In this document: piece by piece, positions 39,280-53,504 of the stretch | How the letters are laid out: every line of letters begins with the position of its first letter | Numbering within the stretch: the first letter of the stretch is position 1 | From: Octopus sinensis | Taxonomy: Eukaryota | Assembly: GCF_006345805.1 (NCBI RefSeq) | Contig: NC_042997.1 | Coordinates: 162,812,001 to 162,876,000, forward strand | DNA: 64,000 nt | Reading direction: 5' to 3' | The notes under the pieces: model-generated | The model's input: only the letters and a program-made list of their open reading frames with translations | What the model was told of the DNA's origin: nothing | The model's database searches: none | Translations under genes and position numbers: made by a program

Positions 39280-40140
39280 ATAATATTCTTACAATAGTCG
39301 CAATGATAGTGTTGAGAGTGACCCATGTTGTAGTACTGGTTATAGTAGGAGTAGTTGCAGTAGTGTTAGTAGTATCATTTGTTCTTGTTATTGTTGTAGT
39401 AGGTACTATGGTGGTGGTGTGGTGACTCTTGCTGTGATGTTGGTTGTAGTAGAGGCGGCTGTGGTAGTACTAGTCTTTGTTTTGCGTGTAGTTATGATTA
39501 TTATAGTAGTTACTGTAGTAGTATTGCTGGTAGCTATTGTGGTACTAGTTGTTGTGGTAGCAGTTATAGTGGTATTGGCTGTGGCTCTTGTTGTGATGCT
39601 AATTGTTCTAGTGGTGCTCGTTGTGACATAGTGATGCCAGCGTTGACTCTTATTGTGATGGGAATTGCTATGATGTCAGTGTCAGGTTTTGTTGTGATGA
39701 GGATTGCTGTGCTGTTGGTGACGACTTTTGTAGTGGCGGGGATTTTTATGATGTCGATGTTGAATCGTGTTATGGTGGAGATTGCTGTGACGTCGACGGC
39801 GAGTCTTGTGGCGGGAATTGCTATCCTGTTGGCGGTAGTTTTCGTTGTGGTGCGAATTGCTATGATGTCAGTGGTGAGTCTTGTTACGAAATTGCTATAA
39901 TGCTGGTGGCGAGTCTTATTATTATGGGGATTGCTATGATGTTAGTGGTGACTCTTTCTCTGTGATGATTGCTGTGATGTCAGCGGGGACTCATGCTGTG
40001 GTGTTGTACTAATAGACTTCATGTTGTTATTGTTGGTTTTGTGACACTGGTTGTTGTTGTGATGTCGATTGTTGTTAATATATTGGTTTCAAATTTTGCA
40101 CCAGGCCAGCAATTTTAGGATAGGGATAAGTCGATTATAT

Positions 40141-41208
40141 AGTTAGTTAGTTAGTTAATTTGGCTCAAAAGCAAATAGCAAGGCCATGTAGGGGGACATG
40201 GAGTTAAGTACAGGGTGGTGTTCATGTAAAGAGTTCAGGCCACTTGAGGTCCAGGGAGGCTTTGAACAAAGCGGTCGTCGGCATCTTCACCATCTCGTCT
40301 GGCAGCTTGTTCCACGGATCCGCAACCCGGACGGAGAAAGCTCCTCTCCTTCGATTGAGATGAAATCGTCGCAGGTAGAGCTTTTCGGAATGACCCCGCA
40401 GCCGACGCTCCGGAGCAGGAGTGAAGAACAGCTCTTTCGAGAGGTTACACTTCCCGCTTATGATGTTGTGGGCGAGAATGAGATCACCACGGCGGCGGCG
40501 TTTTTCAAGAGAATAAAGGTCGAGCGTCCTCAGCCTTTCTTCGTAGGACAAATCTTTGAGACCATGAACCATGCGGGTAGCCAGCCTCTGGACTCTTTCG
40601 AGGTGCTGTATGTCTTTGAGGAGATAAGGAGAAGAGGCTTGAATCCCATACTCCAATATGGGTCTCACCAGCGTGACATAGAGTGGCAGGAATATGGCTG
40701 CTGTGAGCATTCCGAATGACCGTCGAATCAAAAACAGAATTCCGCGCGCTTTGTTGGCAGCATGGACGCACTGGGCCGAAGGCGAAAAGGAGGAATCCAC
40801 CAAGATACCCAGGTCCTTTACCTGATCGGTCCTCTCCAGCTTAACTACCGACCGGTTTCCCTTACATCAATAATCAGCAAGATGTTCGAAACCATCCTTA
40901 AGAAAAGTATGATATTCCACCTCCTAAACACAGCCTCGATCACTGATTCCCAACACGGCTTCGTGCCGAAGAGATCATGCTTGACCAACTTACTAGTAAT
41001 GGAAGAATTGGTGACGCGCATCCTCGATGATAGTGATGCTGTTGACATCGTTTTATTGGACTTTGCCAAAGCTTTTGACTCGGTAAACCACCGCCTACTA
41101 CTTGTCAAGCTTCAATTTTCACGGCTCGGTCTCGTTGAGTTTTGTACACCTCAAAAGCTGCAGTCGAATCCAGATTTTTGAATTCAGCCCAAGCAATATC
41201 TCTGAGTC
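40141..41208 (-). mobile_element. CR1-clade LINE insertion, rearranged in three segments, inside a SINE-A
   Basis: 40141-~40840 (-): open ORF2 C-terminus (KDLG...LVRPILEY...LERVQRLAT...RGH) plus (AACT)n tail. ~40838-41117 (+): NYRPVSLT...QHGF...DFAKAFDSVNH. 41118-41208 (-): LRDIAWAEFKNL...YKTQRDRAVKI. Confidence 0.9.
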
Positions 41209-41214
41209 ATATAG

Positions 41215-41365
41215 ATACCAATGCTCAACTGGTACGCATTTTATCGACTCCGAAAGGACGAAAGACAAAGTCGACCTTGGCAGAATTTGAACTCAGAACG
41301 TAAGGATGGAAGAAATGCCGCTAAGCATTTTTCCAGCGTGATAACGAGTCTGCCAGCTCACCACC
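41215..41365 (-). mobile_element. SINE family A host copy, 5' part (3' part at ~40086-40136)
   Basis: The two pieces are colinear with the family A consensus across the CR1 insertion. Confidence 0.75.
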
Positions 41366-41639
41366 TTACTGTTGGTTGTAGTATGGTTTGTGTTGTTGTC
41401 GTTGGTTGCTGTTCTGGTAGTTGTCGTAGTGTTATTATCGCTGATAATTATGATAGTGGTGGTGGTTGTGGTGGTTGTGGTGGTTCTGATGGTTCTGGTG
41501 GTTCTGGTGGTGCTGTGTGGTGGTGGTTGTGGTGGTAATTGCAGTGGAGTTGGTAGTGGTGGTAGTGATGGTGGTTAGTAATAGTAGCGGTGGCGGCGGT
41601 GGTGACGGTGGCGGCGGCGGTGATGATGGAGGTATTGTT

Positions 41640-41640
41640 T

Positions 41641-41683
<43 letters not shown>

Positions 41684-41795
41684 GGTGGTGGTGGTGGTGG
41701 TGGTGGTGGTGGTGGTGGTGGTGGTGGTGGTGGTGGTGGTGGTGGTGGGTGGTGGTGGTGGTGGTGGTGGTGGTGGTGGTGGTGGTGGTGGTTAT
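41640..41795. repeat. (GTT)n-(GGT)n trinucleotide tract
   Basis: Direct reading. Confidence 0.97.
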
Positions 41796-42189
41796 TGTTG
41801 TTGGTAATAGTGGTTGTGGTTGTGGTGGTAATGTGGGCTGACCGACCGTGCAGCTGGTCCAGGACCGTAGCCACCAAATCTCGCATGAAAGTCGACGTCC
41901 ACGAATAATGTGGCGTAGAAAGTGGCGTGATGGTGTTGCGGCAGCGTTTATAGTGTACTAATTAATGGTTGTAGTATTGTTTGTATTGGTAATTGTGGTG
42001 GTGATGTTTTGCAGCATTTGTTCTGACACTTCATGGCCTGAGTTCAGATCTTACCGATGTCAGCTGTGCCTCTCATCCTTTGAGGATCAATAACAGGAAG
42101 TATCAATCTTATACCGGAATTGATTTAATCGATTAACCTCATCTTTACACATCGGAACCTTCAGCCGATGTTAAAAACAATTATCTATA

Positions 42190-42632
<443 letters not shown>

Positions 42633-42659
42633 TAGAAAGGTAAAAAAATATTGTAGCAG

Positions 42660-42860
42660 TAAGGCGGTGAGCTAGCAGAATCGTTACCACTCTGGTCAAA
42701 AGGTTTAGCAGTATTTCGTCCGACTTTACGTTCCGAGTTCAAATTCCGCCGAGGTCGACTTTGCTTTTCGTCCCTTTCGGGGTCGATAAGATGAGTACCA
42801 GTTGAGCACGGGAGTCGATGTACCTCGAAATTGTTGACCTCATGCCTAAATTTGAAACCA
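42660..42860 (+). mobile_element. SINE family A
   Basis: Family A head and body. Confidence 0.75.
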
Positions 42861-42872
42861 ATAGTGTAATGA

Positions 42873-43256
42873 TTATTTATCTCCGCCTTAGCAAAGGCGG
42901 AGGTATTGTTTTCAGTCGTGTTTGTTTGTTGTTTGTTTGTTTGTCCGTGGACAAGATATCTCAAGAACCACCCGATGGATTCGGATGAAACTTTCAGGGA
43001 TGTTTGACCTTATAAGTAGCACGAACTGATTAGATTTTGGGATCGATCCGGTACCGGACAAGGATTCTGGATTATTTTTCCTTTTTTTTTTTTACTTAAT
43101 TTTTGAGAGTGGTCGGGCTCATTTTTAGTATTCTTGTTTGTGAGAGCAGTCGAGTTTATTTCAGATATTCTCATCTTAAAAATTATCCCTGGCTAATCGT
43201 TGAGAGAACGTTGGTGTTGTCTTGGCTGAAGTCTGCTCTCTCTGAGTGCTCTTGTT
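42873..43256 (+). mobile_element. Helentron-associated / DINE-1-like non-autonomous element
   Basis: 5' hairpin CTCCGCCTT-agc-AAGGCGGAG, (TGTT)n tract, CCGATGGATT...ATGAAACTT, internal palindrome ATCCGGTACCGGA, and 3' end CTCTCTGAGTGCTCTTGTT. Confidence 0.6.
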
Positions 43257-43361
43257 TGAATTAATTTTGAAAAAATTTTGCCTCTCACAATATAAAAACA
43301 TTTCTCATGGCTCCAGCAAACAAAATGGAAAAGGTGCTGCCTCAGAGGATGGCGAGGGAGG

Positions 43362-43570
43362 ACGAGCTGGCAGAATCGTTAGCACGCCGAGCAAATTGCT
43401 GTGACAGTTTGTCCGTCTTCACGTTCTGAGTTCAAATAACACCAGGGTTGATTTTGCCTTTTATCTTTTCGGGGTCGATAAAATACGTACCAGTTGAAAA
43501 CTGGGGTCAATGTAATTGATTTATCCCACCTTACCTGAACTTGCTGGCCTTGTGCCAAAATTTGAAGCCA
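43362..43570 (+). mobile_element. SINE family A
   Basis: Family A head and body. Confidence 0.7.
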
Positions 43571-44364
43571 ATATTGTGGTGACGTGATAGTTGTTCTTGT
43601 TGTTGTTATTGTTGGTGGTGGTTGTGATGATAACAGACTTGGTTTTGATTCTGTTGTTGGTGGTACTGGTAGTGGTCTCCGTGGGGTGGTGGGTTAAGGG
43701 GTAATGAAGATTGTTCTTGCTATTGCCATTATCGTGGTTGTTGTGGTTATATTGTTGTTGCTGTTGCCGTTAGCATTGTTGTTGTTGTTGTTGTTGTTGG
43801 CAACGGTCGTGAAATTATTTGGCTCTATGTCAGCCCTGATAGGATAGACTTATGATCAAAGGCGATCCAACCGTGACCGGCCGCATTATATAATATGCCA
43901 TAAGACGACAGCGAGTGATCTGAGGAAGGTTTAACTATTTCCTTCCCGTCAAACAAACGCGAAAAGGCTCTGCTACTGGAAGTGGTTTACTGTGGTGATG
44001 GTGGTTGTTACGGTGTCAGTAGCGGTGGTGGTGACGGCAGTGACGGTGGCAGTAGAAGGAAAGGTGTTGTTTATGATGATGGTGATGATGACTGAAGTAG
44101 TGGTAGTGCTGGTAGGGGTAAAGTGCTTACTTTGTTGTTCTTGATGTTGATGATGGTGATGGTGATGGTGGAGATGGTGGTGATAGTGGTGATAGTGGGG
44201 AAGTTGCTGTGATTGTTGTTGCTGGTAGAGGTAGTGGTGGTGGTGGCGGCGGTGGTAGTGGGAAAGGTGGTTTATGTTGATGGAGGGTGATGACAAAGAT
44301 AGTGGTGTTGGTGGTGGTGGTTGATAGTGGGAAAGTTGCTGTGGTTGTGGTTGTAGTAGTAGTG

Positions 44365-44400
<36 letters not shown>

Positions 44401-45074
44401 TAGTGTTGTTGTTGTTGTTGTTGTTGTTGTTGGTGTTGGTGGTGGTGGTGGTTGGGGGTGACAGAGGTGGTTGTAGTGGTAGCGCAGAAGTTGTTGTTGC
44501 TGGTGGTGGTGATAGTGGTGGTGGTTGTGGTGGTTGTGGTTGCGGTAAAATTATTTTGCTGATCTTGTTATTGTTGTTGTTGTTTTTGGTGGTAATGGTG
44601 GTGGTGTTAGAGATGATGGTTTTGTTGTGGTTGGTGATATTGGTGGCGTAGATATTGTTATTATAGAGTTGTAGATGCCGCTGTTGTCGTTGTTGTTATT
44701 GTTGTTGGGTTGATATTATTATTATTATTATTGTCGTTGGTATTGGTGGTGTGGGAGGGGTGGACATCGGCGGCGTTGGCAGTGGCGGTGGTGACGTTCT
44801 TGGAGATTCTGATGATGTAGGTGTTGTTGTTGTTATTGTTGCTGTTGTTGGTTTTATTGTTGATGATGGTGATGGTGGTGGGGTTGGTGGGGTTTGAGAA
44901 AAGGTAGAGGAGCTATCAGATAGAGACTGTGTGGAGGGAATCGGGTGGGGCCAAAATTATAAGGAAAGTCTAAGTCTGTCATTAAGAAAGGCAAACAGAG
45001 TTCAGTCTAGAATATTCTAAAACTACTGGCAAACATAACAAACGAGGGAGTTGCAAAAAAATATATATATATAA

Positions 45075-45128
<54 letters not shown>

Positions 45129-45682
45129 GAAAAAGAAAAATTGGGTTTTAAAAAAAAGACACGTCAAATTTGGAAAAAGAATATATTTGAGAGAAAAAAA
45201 TTTTAACGAAGAGATATTTTTAAAAAATACTCGACAAAAGGGAGAAATAATCAAAAATTCTTTCTGTAGGAAAAAATATAAATGAATGGATAAATAAAAA
45301 TTAAAGGGAAAAGTGCTTTCATATATGCTAAAATGGTATGATGGCATTGATGTAGAATATATTCATTAAGCAAGAACGAAATGTAGAAAAACAGATAGAA
45401 GAAAATATAGCGAGAAAGTGAGAGACGAGCCTGGAGTTGAGGTGGGAGGGGAGGTTGAGGGAGGAAGGGTAGGAAAAGGTGAGGGGAAGAGATGGGTGGT
45501 AAGAGGAGGAGAGAGACGTGAGAATGACATAGAAGAGTGAAAGTGAAAGTGAAAGTACTGAAGAAAAAAGACTTGAGTGGGCGAGAAAGTGTAGACGAAG
45601 AAAGAGAGATGAGAAAATGTGAGAGAGAAAGTGTGTGAAAGTGTGTGTAAGAGAGAGAAGGAGAGAGGGAGGGAGAAAAAGA

Positions 45683-45718
<36 letters not shown>

Positions 45719-46047
45719 GAAAGAGAGAAATGATATGTGCATGTGATATTGAAATAGAGAGAGAAAAGAAGGGAAGGGGAATCAAGAGAGAGAAGTGATA
45801 AGAAATAAGTGAAAAGAATTTCAGGAAAGAGATAGAAAGGAAATTAACAGAATGTAGAAATGAATAGGAAGAGAAAAAAACACTTTAAAAAGGGGGTAAA
45901 AATTGCTAGAAATAGAGGGGATGAGGAGAAATGATAGGAAGAAATAAGTTGGGGTAGGAGGTAAGTATGTTAGAGAAGAGAGAAGGAGAGAGAGAGAGCA
46001 GGAAAAATACGAACTGAAATATATATACATACATATATATATGTGAG

Positions 46048-46124
<77 letters not shown>

Positions 46125-46645
46125 GAATATAATATAGTGAGAGAGAGATGGGGGAAAGGAAAGAAACAAATATAATAGAAAGAAAAATGAAGGAAGGGAT
46201 AGACTCGTAGAAAGAGAGAGAGGGGGGGAGAGAGAGAGAGAATAAAGAGAAAGTATTTTATGATACAAAGATCAAACCTTGTTCTGGTCACATAATAAAT
46301 CAAGGGACACAAATTGAAATACGAACCAGACGACATTTTCAAAATGATTAGATCCGGACATATCTTTTCCTTGTGTAGAACGAAGCGTCAATTAAGTGAT
46401 TTTGATTATAGAGAACAGCTTAACTCCGTTATGGCAAGCAACTGTCATTAAAACTGTCGCTCTATTGATCTTCATTCGGGAACCTCCTTTCTGTAATGAT
46501 ACCAATTGCTTAACACTCCAACTTGTAATTTTAGTATCTGTTAGTCTTTATTTGAAGACCTTCGAACTGGAATATACATTAGTTACTGACGTAGGGTGGA
46601 AGAAATCGCTGAGAGTTAAGGTTGAGTTGTTGCTGTCTGTCATGT

Positions 46646-46679
<34 letters not shown>

Positions 46680-46836
46680 ATATATAATATTTATAGATAG
46701 ATATAGATAAATAGATGGGATATATACATATGTAGGTATGTGGATATTATCTATATATATATTATAATATATATATATATATATGTGCATACATATGTCT
46801 GTAAACATATCATATATTTGGTATACATATACCTTG

Positions 46837-46916
<80 letters not shown>

Positions 46917-47185
46917 TACTAATTATGTAAATATATATATAATGTATATATACATAAATATATGCGCGCATATATATGCATATATACAAGCATACACATA
47001 CACATATGTGTACGTATATACATATATATGTATATATATATGTGTATATATATATATTATAATATATATATATATATATGTGTGTGTGTATGTCTGCATA
47101 TGTTCATATATAATATATAATATATATTATATATATATGTGTGTATGTGTGTATCTATATATATATATACATATATATATGTTTG

Positions 47186-47216
<31 letters not shown>

Positions 47217-47994
47217 CATATACGTCATTATACAAACGCATGCATATATGTATGTATGTATGTATGTATATATGTAGGTATGTATGTAAGCACGTATGTT
47301 CAATCAGTAAATGATAAATGCACGGTCTTCAGTTGGGTCGTCTGTAAATATGTATCTAAGGAAACGTATAAAACCTAATCTCAGTTACGAAAACTTTAGT
47401 TAGTTAAAAATGAAACGAAACAGAATATTCGGATGCTTTATATTGTTTATTTTGTTACTGATCGTGTTACTGTTGACCTCCTTCACTATAGCATAATTAA
47501 TCAAAAGTTAATCATTAATCATTAATTATTACTACTAGTGTTGTAATGTTACATTTAGCTGATGTTGTTATTGTTGTTGTTTAAGAGTAAGCCCTGATCA
47601 AACTGACCTATGATCAAAAATGTTCTCATCATTGCCATATTATATTTTAAACCACAGTTTATCAAAGACTATACAAACTAATATGTCCTTCTCTCTTTTC
47701 TTTAACATGCTGATTACGAAGAAATTTGGCGGTTAATTTTAACATGTAGAGCAGTCCTGGGTAAACAGCAGCTCGCAGGGCTTTCTTAACGGCACGCCCA
47801 ACAAGAAATTACTTTGTATTTTTTTTTTTTATTTTAGTGTGGTCTGCCTGATGATGAACTATGTTTCATGTCTATGTTTCTCGAAAATGGTTGCCTATGC
47901 TTGATGTAAAGAGTCCCTCTTTGTCCTGTGTAGCATTTATTTCAATACCAAACGCTACTCTGAATTATTACTGTTATTATTACAGACTGCAATA

Positions 47995-48370
47995 AGGTAG
48001 CAAGCTGGCAGAACCGTTAGCGCGCTGGACGAAATCCTTGACAGGATTTCGTCCGCCAATTCGTTCTGAGTTCAAATTCCACCGAGGTCGACTTTGCCTT
48101 TCATCCTTTCGGGGTCGATAAATTAAGCACCAGTCGACGTAATCGACTTAATCCGTTCGTCTATCCATGTTTGTCCTCTCTGTGTTTAGCCCCTTGTGGG
48201 TAGTAAAGAAATAGGTATTTCGTCTGCCTTTACGTTCTGATTTCAAATTCCGCCGACTTCGACTTTGCCTTTCGGGGTTCATGAATTAAGTATCAGGGAA
48301 ACACTGGGGTTAATGTAATTGACTAGTCCCTTCCCCCAAAACTTTAGACCTTTTTATAGTAAAAAGGATT
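47995..48370 (+). mobile_element. SINE family A dimer
   Basis: Junction ...AAAGAAATAG|GTATTTCGTC at 48214/48215, identical to 38897/38898. Confidence 0.8.
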
Positions 48371-48440
48371 ATTACAGAGTGCATTCTGTGAAGGAGAAAG
48401 TAAACCTGCCAATAAAATTTGTAACGCAATTTCAAATATA

Positions 48441-48810
48441 AGTGGCTGTGTGGTAAGTAGCTTGCTTACCAACCACATGGTTCTGGGTTCAGTCCCACTG
48501 CGTGGCAACTTGAGCAAGTGTCTTCTCCTATAGCCTCGGGCTGACCAAAGCCTTGTGAGTGGATTTGGTGGACGGAAACTGAAAGAAGCCCGTCGTATAT
48601 ATGTATATGTATGTGTGTGTTTGTGTGTCTGTGTTTGTCCCCCCAACATCGCTTGACAACCGATGCTGGTGTGTTTACGTCCCCGTAACTTAGCGGTTCG
48701 GCAAAACAGACCGATAGAATAAGTACTAGGCTTACAAAGAATATATATCCTGGGGGGCGATTTCCTCGACTAAAGGCGGTGCTCCAGCATGGCCACAGTC
48801 AAAATGACTG
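48441..48810 (+). mobile_element. SINE family B, near full length
   Basis: Head, short internal TA/TG tract, and 3' half. Confidence 0.88.
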
Positions 48811-49309
48811 CTCAAGAGAAATGTTCCGTTTTCATTATGTACACAGATCTACCTAGACATTGTAGTACTTCCGTTTGTACCTTCTCTGAAGATAATCTGC
48901 TTAATACCTACCCAGAAAAGTAAGTTTTTGTGTAGGATGCTACTCTGGGGTTCATCTTCTCGGAGAAATAAATGAAACAAGAAAGTTGTCCAAGACGGTT
49001 TTGTCTGTTCTTTCCAAGCTGTCTTGCCCGAACACCCTTTCAACACTGTCGATTTACACAAGCCGCTGAGGGGTCCTATGCGGTGTCTCGGCATGCTAGA
49101 AATAGCACCTAAATCAATTTTGAATCACATCCTTATCATTATAAAAAGCAAAGAACACATTAGATAATGAAGTCCCAGACACACAGTATGTTTTTTTAAA
49201 AAAAGGTGGGGGCTTTGTTAAATCTCATGTCCTTTATCATGAATGTACGCTCGATTAAGGCTGACCTGGACGAAAAATATACCGGAAACATTTTACTGTT
49301 TATCATGTA

Positions 49310-49620
49310 CTAGTGGCCTCTGAACCTCGAGAGCTTCTGCGAAAAGTGTCGTCAACAAAGTCTTTAGCAGTGTCTAGAATGTAAATTTCCGAGGTTAGTC
49401 GTCCGTTTATGAACTCTATTCGACGCTCTCCAAGTGTCATATCGAACCACTCCATCAACAGGATTTCTCTGAACATATATTTCACGAGCTCTGGCATATC
49501 CCAAGTCCAGTTAAGACTTGAAGACACTTGATTCTATACATTAATGAGATACTTAATGTTACTTCAAAGTGCAAACTTCCGGGAAGAGAAAAATCTCAGA
49601 AAAATTTGTCAATAGTAACA
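49310..49620 (-). pseudogene. Possible Penelope-type RT relic
   Basis: Minus-strand FVDDTF (49341-49358), with upstream VDGV-like and FEVT-like pieces in other frames. Very decayed. Confidence 0.35.
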
Positions 49621-49909
49621 AGGTAACTTGACCTCTTTTATCAGTGCCACAATTGCTACCTACATCAAGGAGGCAGTCATGAAATGTATACACTTGAAGC
49701 ATGATCAGAACGCGGCTTTCACCCTTGTCAGGAACTTGTTTACCTCGCAATCTCTGATATGCTCTCCTGGTGACCCACATATATATCTAACGTTGCCAAA
49801 ACAGCATCTCGAAAACAAAGCTCTCTCTTCGAAACCAGAAAGTCCAAATTTTGATCATTCGTTCTCCTTCTACAAATATTTTAGCCTGACTCACAGTAGA
49901 GTATTCCTC

Positions 49910-49941
<32 letters not shown>

Positions 49942-50045
49942 AGGTCCCGGGTTGAGTCGGGGTTAACCACAGTAAATAAGGTACTCAATACATAGTAGAG
50001 TAAAGTAATTTATTTTATAGAAGGAGCTTCTACAGGACTAGAACT

Positions 50046-50089
<44 letters not shown>

Positions 50090-50090
50090 G

Positions 50091-50230
50091 CAGTAATGCC
50101 TTTATATACGAGTTAATTCATTCCTGCAGACACTCGCAAACGAAAACTCGTAAGTAGAAAATTAAAGCTCGTAAAACCTCGTGAACCCGGGATCTCGTAA
50201 AGCGGGTCCTCGTAAAGTGAGATATCACTG
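50091..50230. mobile_element. Tigger/pogo-like MITE
   Basis: Imperfect TIRs CAGTAATGCCTTTATATACGAG and CTCGTAAAGTGAGATATCACTG. The TA TSD is not intact. Confidence 0.4.
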
Positions 50231-50242
50231 TGTTTGTGTATG

Positions 50243-50301
<59 letters not shown>

Positions 50302-51314
50302 CCCTCCATGTTGTTTTCGTTCGGTTTCCTTGTATGTCTCCACTGTCATGTTTTTGTTCCTAACTTTGGCCCTCCATAGATCCTAAATTTTATTTTAGAA
50401 TTAATGGGATCAACTGTCTTTGAAGACTTATGTTATCGTTGACTACTGGAAATGAGGAATAGATAAACGACCGACAATCCGGCAAGATCAAACCGCGGTA
50501 ACAGTTAAAGACCGGGCGGCATTATAATCTTCCCGTTCTGAAGCGGCAAGACTTTTATCTGCGATACGGCCCGCAGTGATACCATCTCCAGCGGCAACCT
50601 TGTGAAATCAGCATCAGACCAAGGATCTGTCGCCGACAAACGGAGCTTCAAGCACCGGCTGTTCTTCGATAGTTTCTTCTCTGATTAATAGTAATAGAAT
50701 CGCCCACAGTTCAGGACTCCCGAACCACTGAGTCATGAACGCTGTGAGACGGATTTTCTTTTCGGAGCATTTTTGCCCTTTTCTTGGTAATAACACATTC
50801 GCCATTTTGTCTACTAGGTCTATGAAATATTAGAATGACTTGATGTAATGTATATCTTAATGAACAAAACCTTCAATTAAATTACCAAAAAGGAAGTAAA
50901 ACTGAGACTAGAAAAGGGAAAAGAGGGAGCTACTGAGAGAGAAAGAGAGAGAGAGAGAGACAGAGAGAAAGAGAGAGTGTGTGTGTGTATGAAAGAGAGA
51001 GAGCGTGTGTGTGTGTGTGAAAGAGAGAGAGATAACAATAGTAATGTGAGAATCAAAAAATCTTCGGTGATGCAGTGATGCGTGCGTCATCCATGTGTTT
51101 AGGATTACGTAAAATGTTATTCCTCATCCATCCGATGCTCGCAAAAGAATTACCAGTAATATCCTCAGCTCAATTCAATTGAAAGAGTTTCAGAATACCA
51201 TCTTTACAATCATTGGTAGCAATATAAAGATCAATAGATGCAACTATTCTCGTGTCCTCAGAAACGACGGTTTCAAATTTTCACTCAACGCTAGTAATCT
51301 TAGGAGGAGGGGTA

Positions 51315-51470
51315 TGTCGACCCCCCATTGTTCAACTGGTACTTGTTTTATCAAACCCGAAGGGATGAAAGGCAAATTTGACCTTGGCGGAATTTGAACA
51401 CTGAAGAGCTGGAAAAATGTTGCTAAGCATTTTGTTCAATGTGCTAAATATTTTGCTACTTCGCCACCTT
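51315..51470 (-). mobile_element. SINE family A, degraded
   Basis: Reverse-complement family A body. Confidence 0.65.
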
Positions 51471-52322
51471 TGGGTCCTCAGTAATAGTTCACAGATTAAA
51501 AGATTAACATAGTGTCTCGAAAACATATAAAATTATTTTTAACGGACAAAAATGGTAGACATGAGTTGAAAATGATAGACACGTGATGAAAAAGACAGAT
51601 AGACGCTGAAAAACGTAGGCACTCCATAAGCAAAAATATAATACGTATTAACTGATGATTGAACGAAAAATCGAATTGTGACGAACATCAGAAGCGTTTA
51701 ACTGAACATACAGTCTCTATCTGTTGAACCTCCTCCATACTTGCAAACTCTATTCTGTCGCTATTTTGCTCAATATATTTTATTAGTTTGTTTTTATTTA
51801 TTTATTTCTTGCTTTTATTCATTTTTATTTCATATTTACTTATTCATCCATCCATCTTTTAAAGTTATATCTGGTTATCCTCCTAGTAAAGAATGGTGTT
51901 ATAGCCAAAGGTTCTTTTTTTTTTTTTTTTTACATCAGTTGGTTGCATGTAACCGATTTCAACTAGATTTATACATGGCTATTATAAACTGGGAAATATA
52001 TGTCATAAAAAGGAAACCGTCCCTATACAACCTGGTCGGCCTGTGTGAGCTATGAATAGCACTTCGTTAGGGTGTTTAGAGACGAGTTAGATGAAATGGT
52101 AGTTGTGCTTGTTGAACTTTCTTTAGGGACGGTGCTGGTTTCCGGTTCTGTCACGCCCCCTGTTGGTATGGTCACGCAATGACTCTCTATGCTCCAAGCC
52201 AGGATACATATTAGTGGCATGTTCTACGATGCAAGCACATTCAGAAATCTTCAAAAATGGCTATATTTTCACGAAGAATTGTCATGAAAAGAGCGAGCAG
52301 AAATGAGAAAAGAAAGAAAGAG

Positions 52323-52353
<31 letters not shown>

Positions 52354-52819
52354 TGGGAGGAGAAGAAAGAGAAAGCGATAAGCAGAGAAATACAAACACA
52401 CACACACACACACACACACACGCATGCACACATACACGCACACAAAAGAAATAATGTGAAAGAAAATAAACACAGAAAAGACAGAAAAAAGTAACAAAAT
52501 GTCGAAAACAGATGAAAGCAGACGACAATAACAAAAAGATAGAGAAAGGAAAAACAAAAAAAAAGAAAAAATAGATGACAGAAATAACGATTAGAAAATT
52601 TGCCGTTAGCCTTATCTCGACTAGAATAAACGGTCTGAAATAATCAACACAGAATATTTGAAAACAGCTTCTGTAAGATAATGTTTACAAAACATTAGTG
52701 CTGTATTACAAATATTTGCTATGTTACAGCAACAAACTCTGCATGTGGGCAAACGAGACCCAACATGGCAACAAGTCAGTACGAAAACAAGAATATATAT
52801 ATATTGTATATTGTATGTA

Positions 52820-52868
<49 letters not shown>

Positions 52869-53032
52869 TTGTTTCTGTATATGTCCACCTTTGAATATGA
52901 ATGCCTCCGAAACGAAGATGGATTTTTTGAAGAAATATGTTTATATTTATGAATTTTCAAAGATCATATATACATGGTTAATGAAAGACTACTAGAAATG
53001 AAATAATCCACCTTTCTCACCAACTATACTGA

Positions 53033-53188
53033 TGTATGTATGTATGTATGTATGTATGTATGTATGTATGTATGTATGTATGTATGTATGTATGTATGTA
53101 TGTATGTATGTATGTATGTATGTATGTATGTATGTATGTATGTATGTTTGTATGTATGAATGTATGTATGTATGTATGTATGTATGTA
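53033..53188. repeat. (TATG)n microsatellite
   Basis: Direct reading. Confidence 0.97.
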
Positions 53189-53294
53189 TAGGCACACATG
53201 AATATGCATGTGTATAAATTACTGTTGATTCAATGAGAAGCGATGACTGACAGAACACAAAACGTAAATATAGTTTTATTTAATATATTGTAAA

Positions 53295-53455
53295 GACGGC
53301 GGAGCTGGCAGAATCGTGAACACGCCGGGCAAAATGCTTTACGGCATTTCGCTCCTCTTTACGTTCTCAGCACAAACTCCGCCGAGATCGACTTTGCTCT
53401 TTATCCTTTCGAGGTTGATAAAATAAGTACCAAAATTGTCAAAATTTGAAATCAA
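53295..53455 (+). mobile_element. SINE family A, internally deleted
   Basis: Head and central domain present. Confidence 0.7.
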
Positions 53456-53504
53456 TATGTGACATATTGTAACAGAAGAGCTCATAATATAAAGTACTTT
53501 TGTG

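Noticed and set aside
46380-46560. Minus-strand peptide faintly like a pogo DDE segment
   Set aside because: A single short motif with no termini.
47841-47895. CUGAUGA...GAAA with 2-bp stem I
   Set aside because: Stems II and III are disrupted; a possible relic but not supportable.
50480-50810. GC-richer segment with open frames
   Set aside because: No recognisable domain in any frame.
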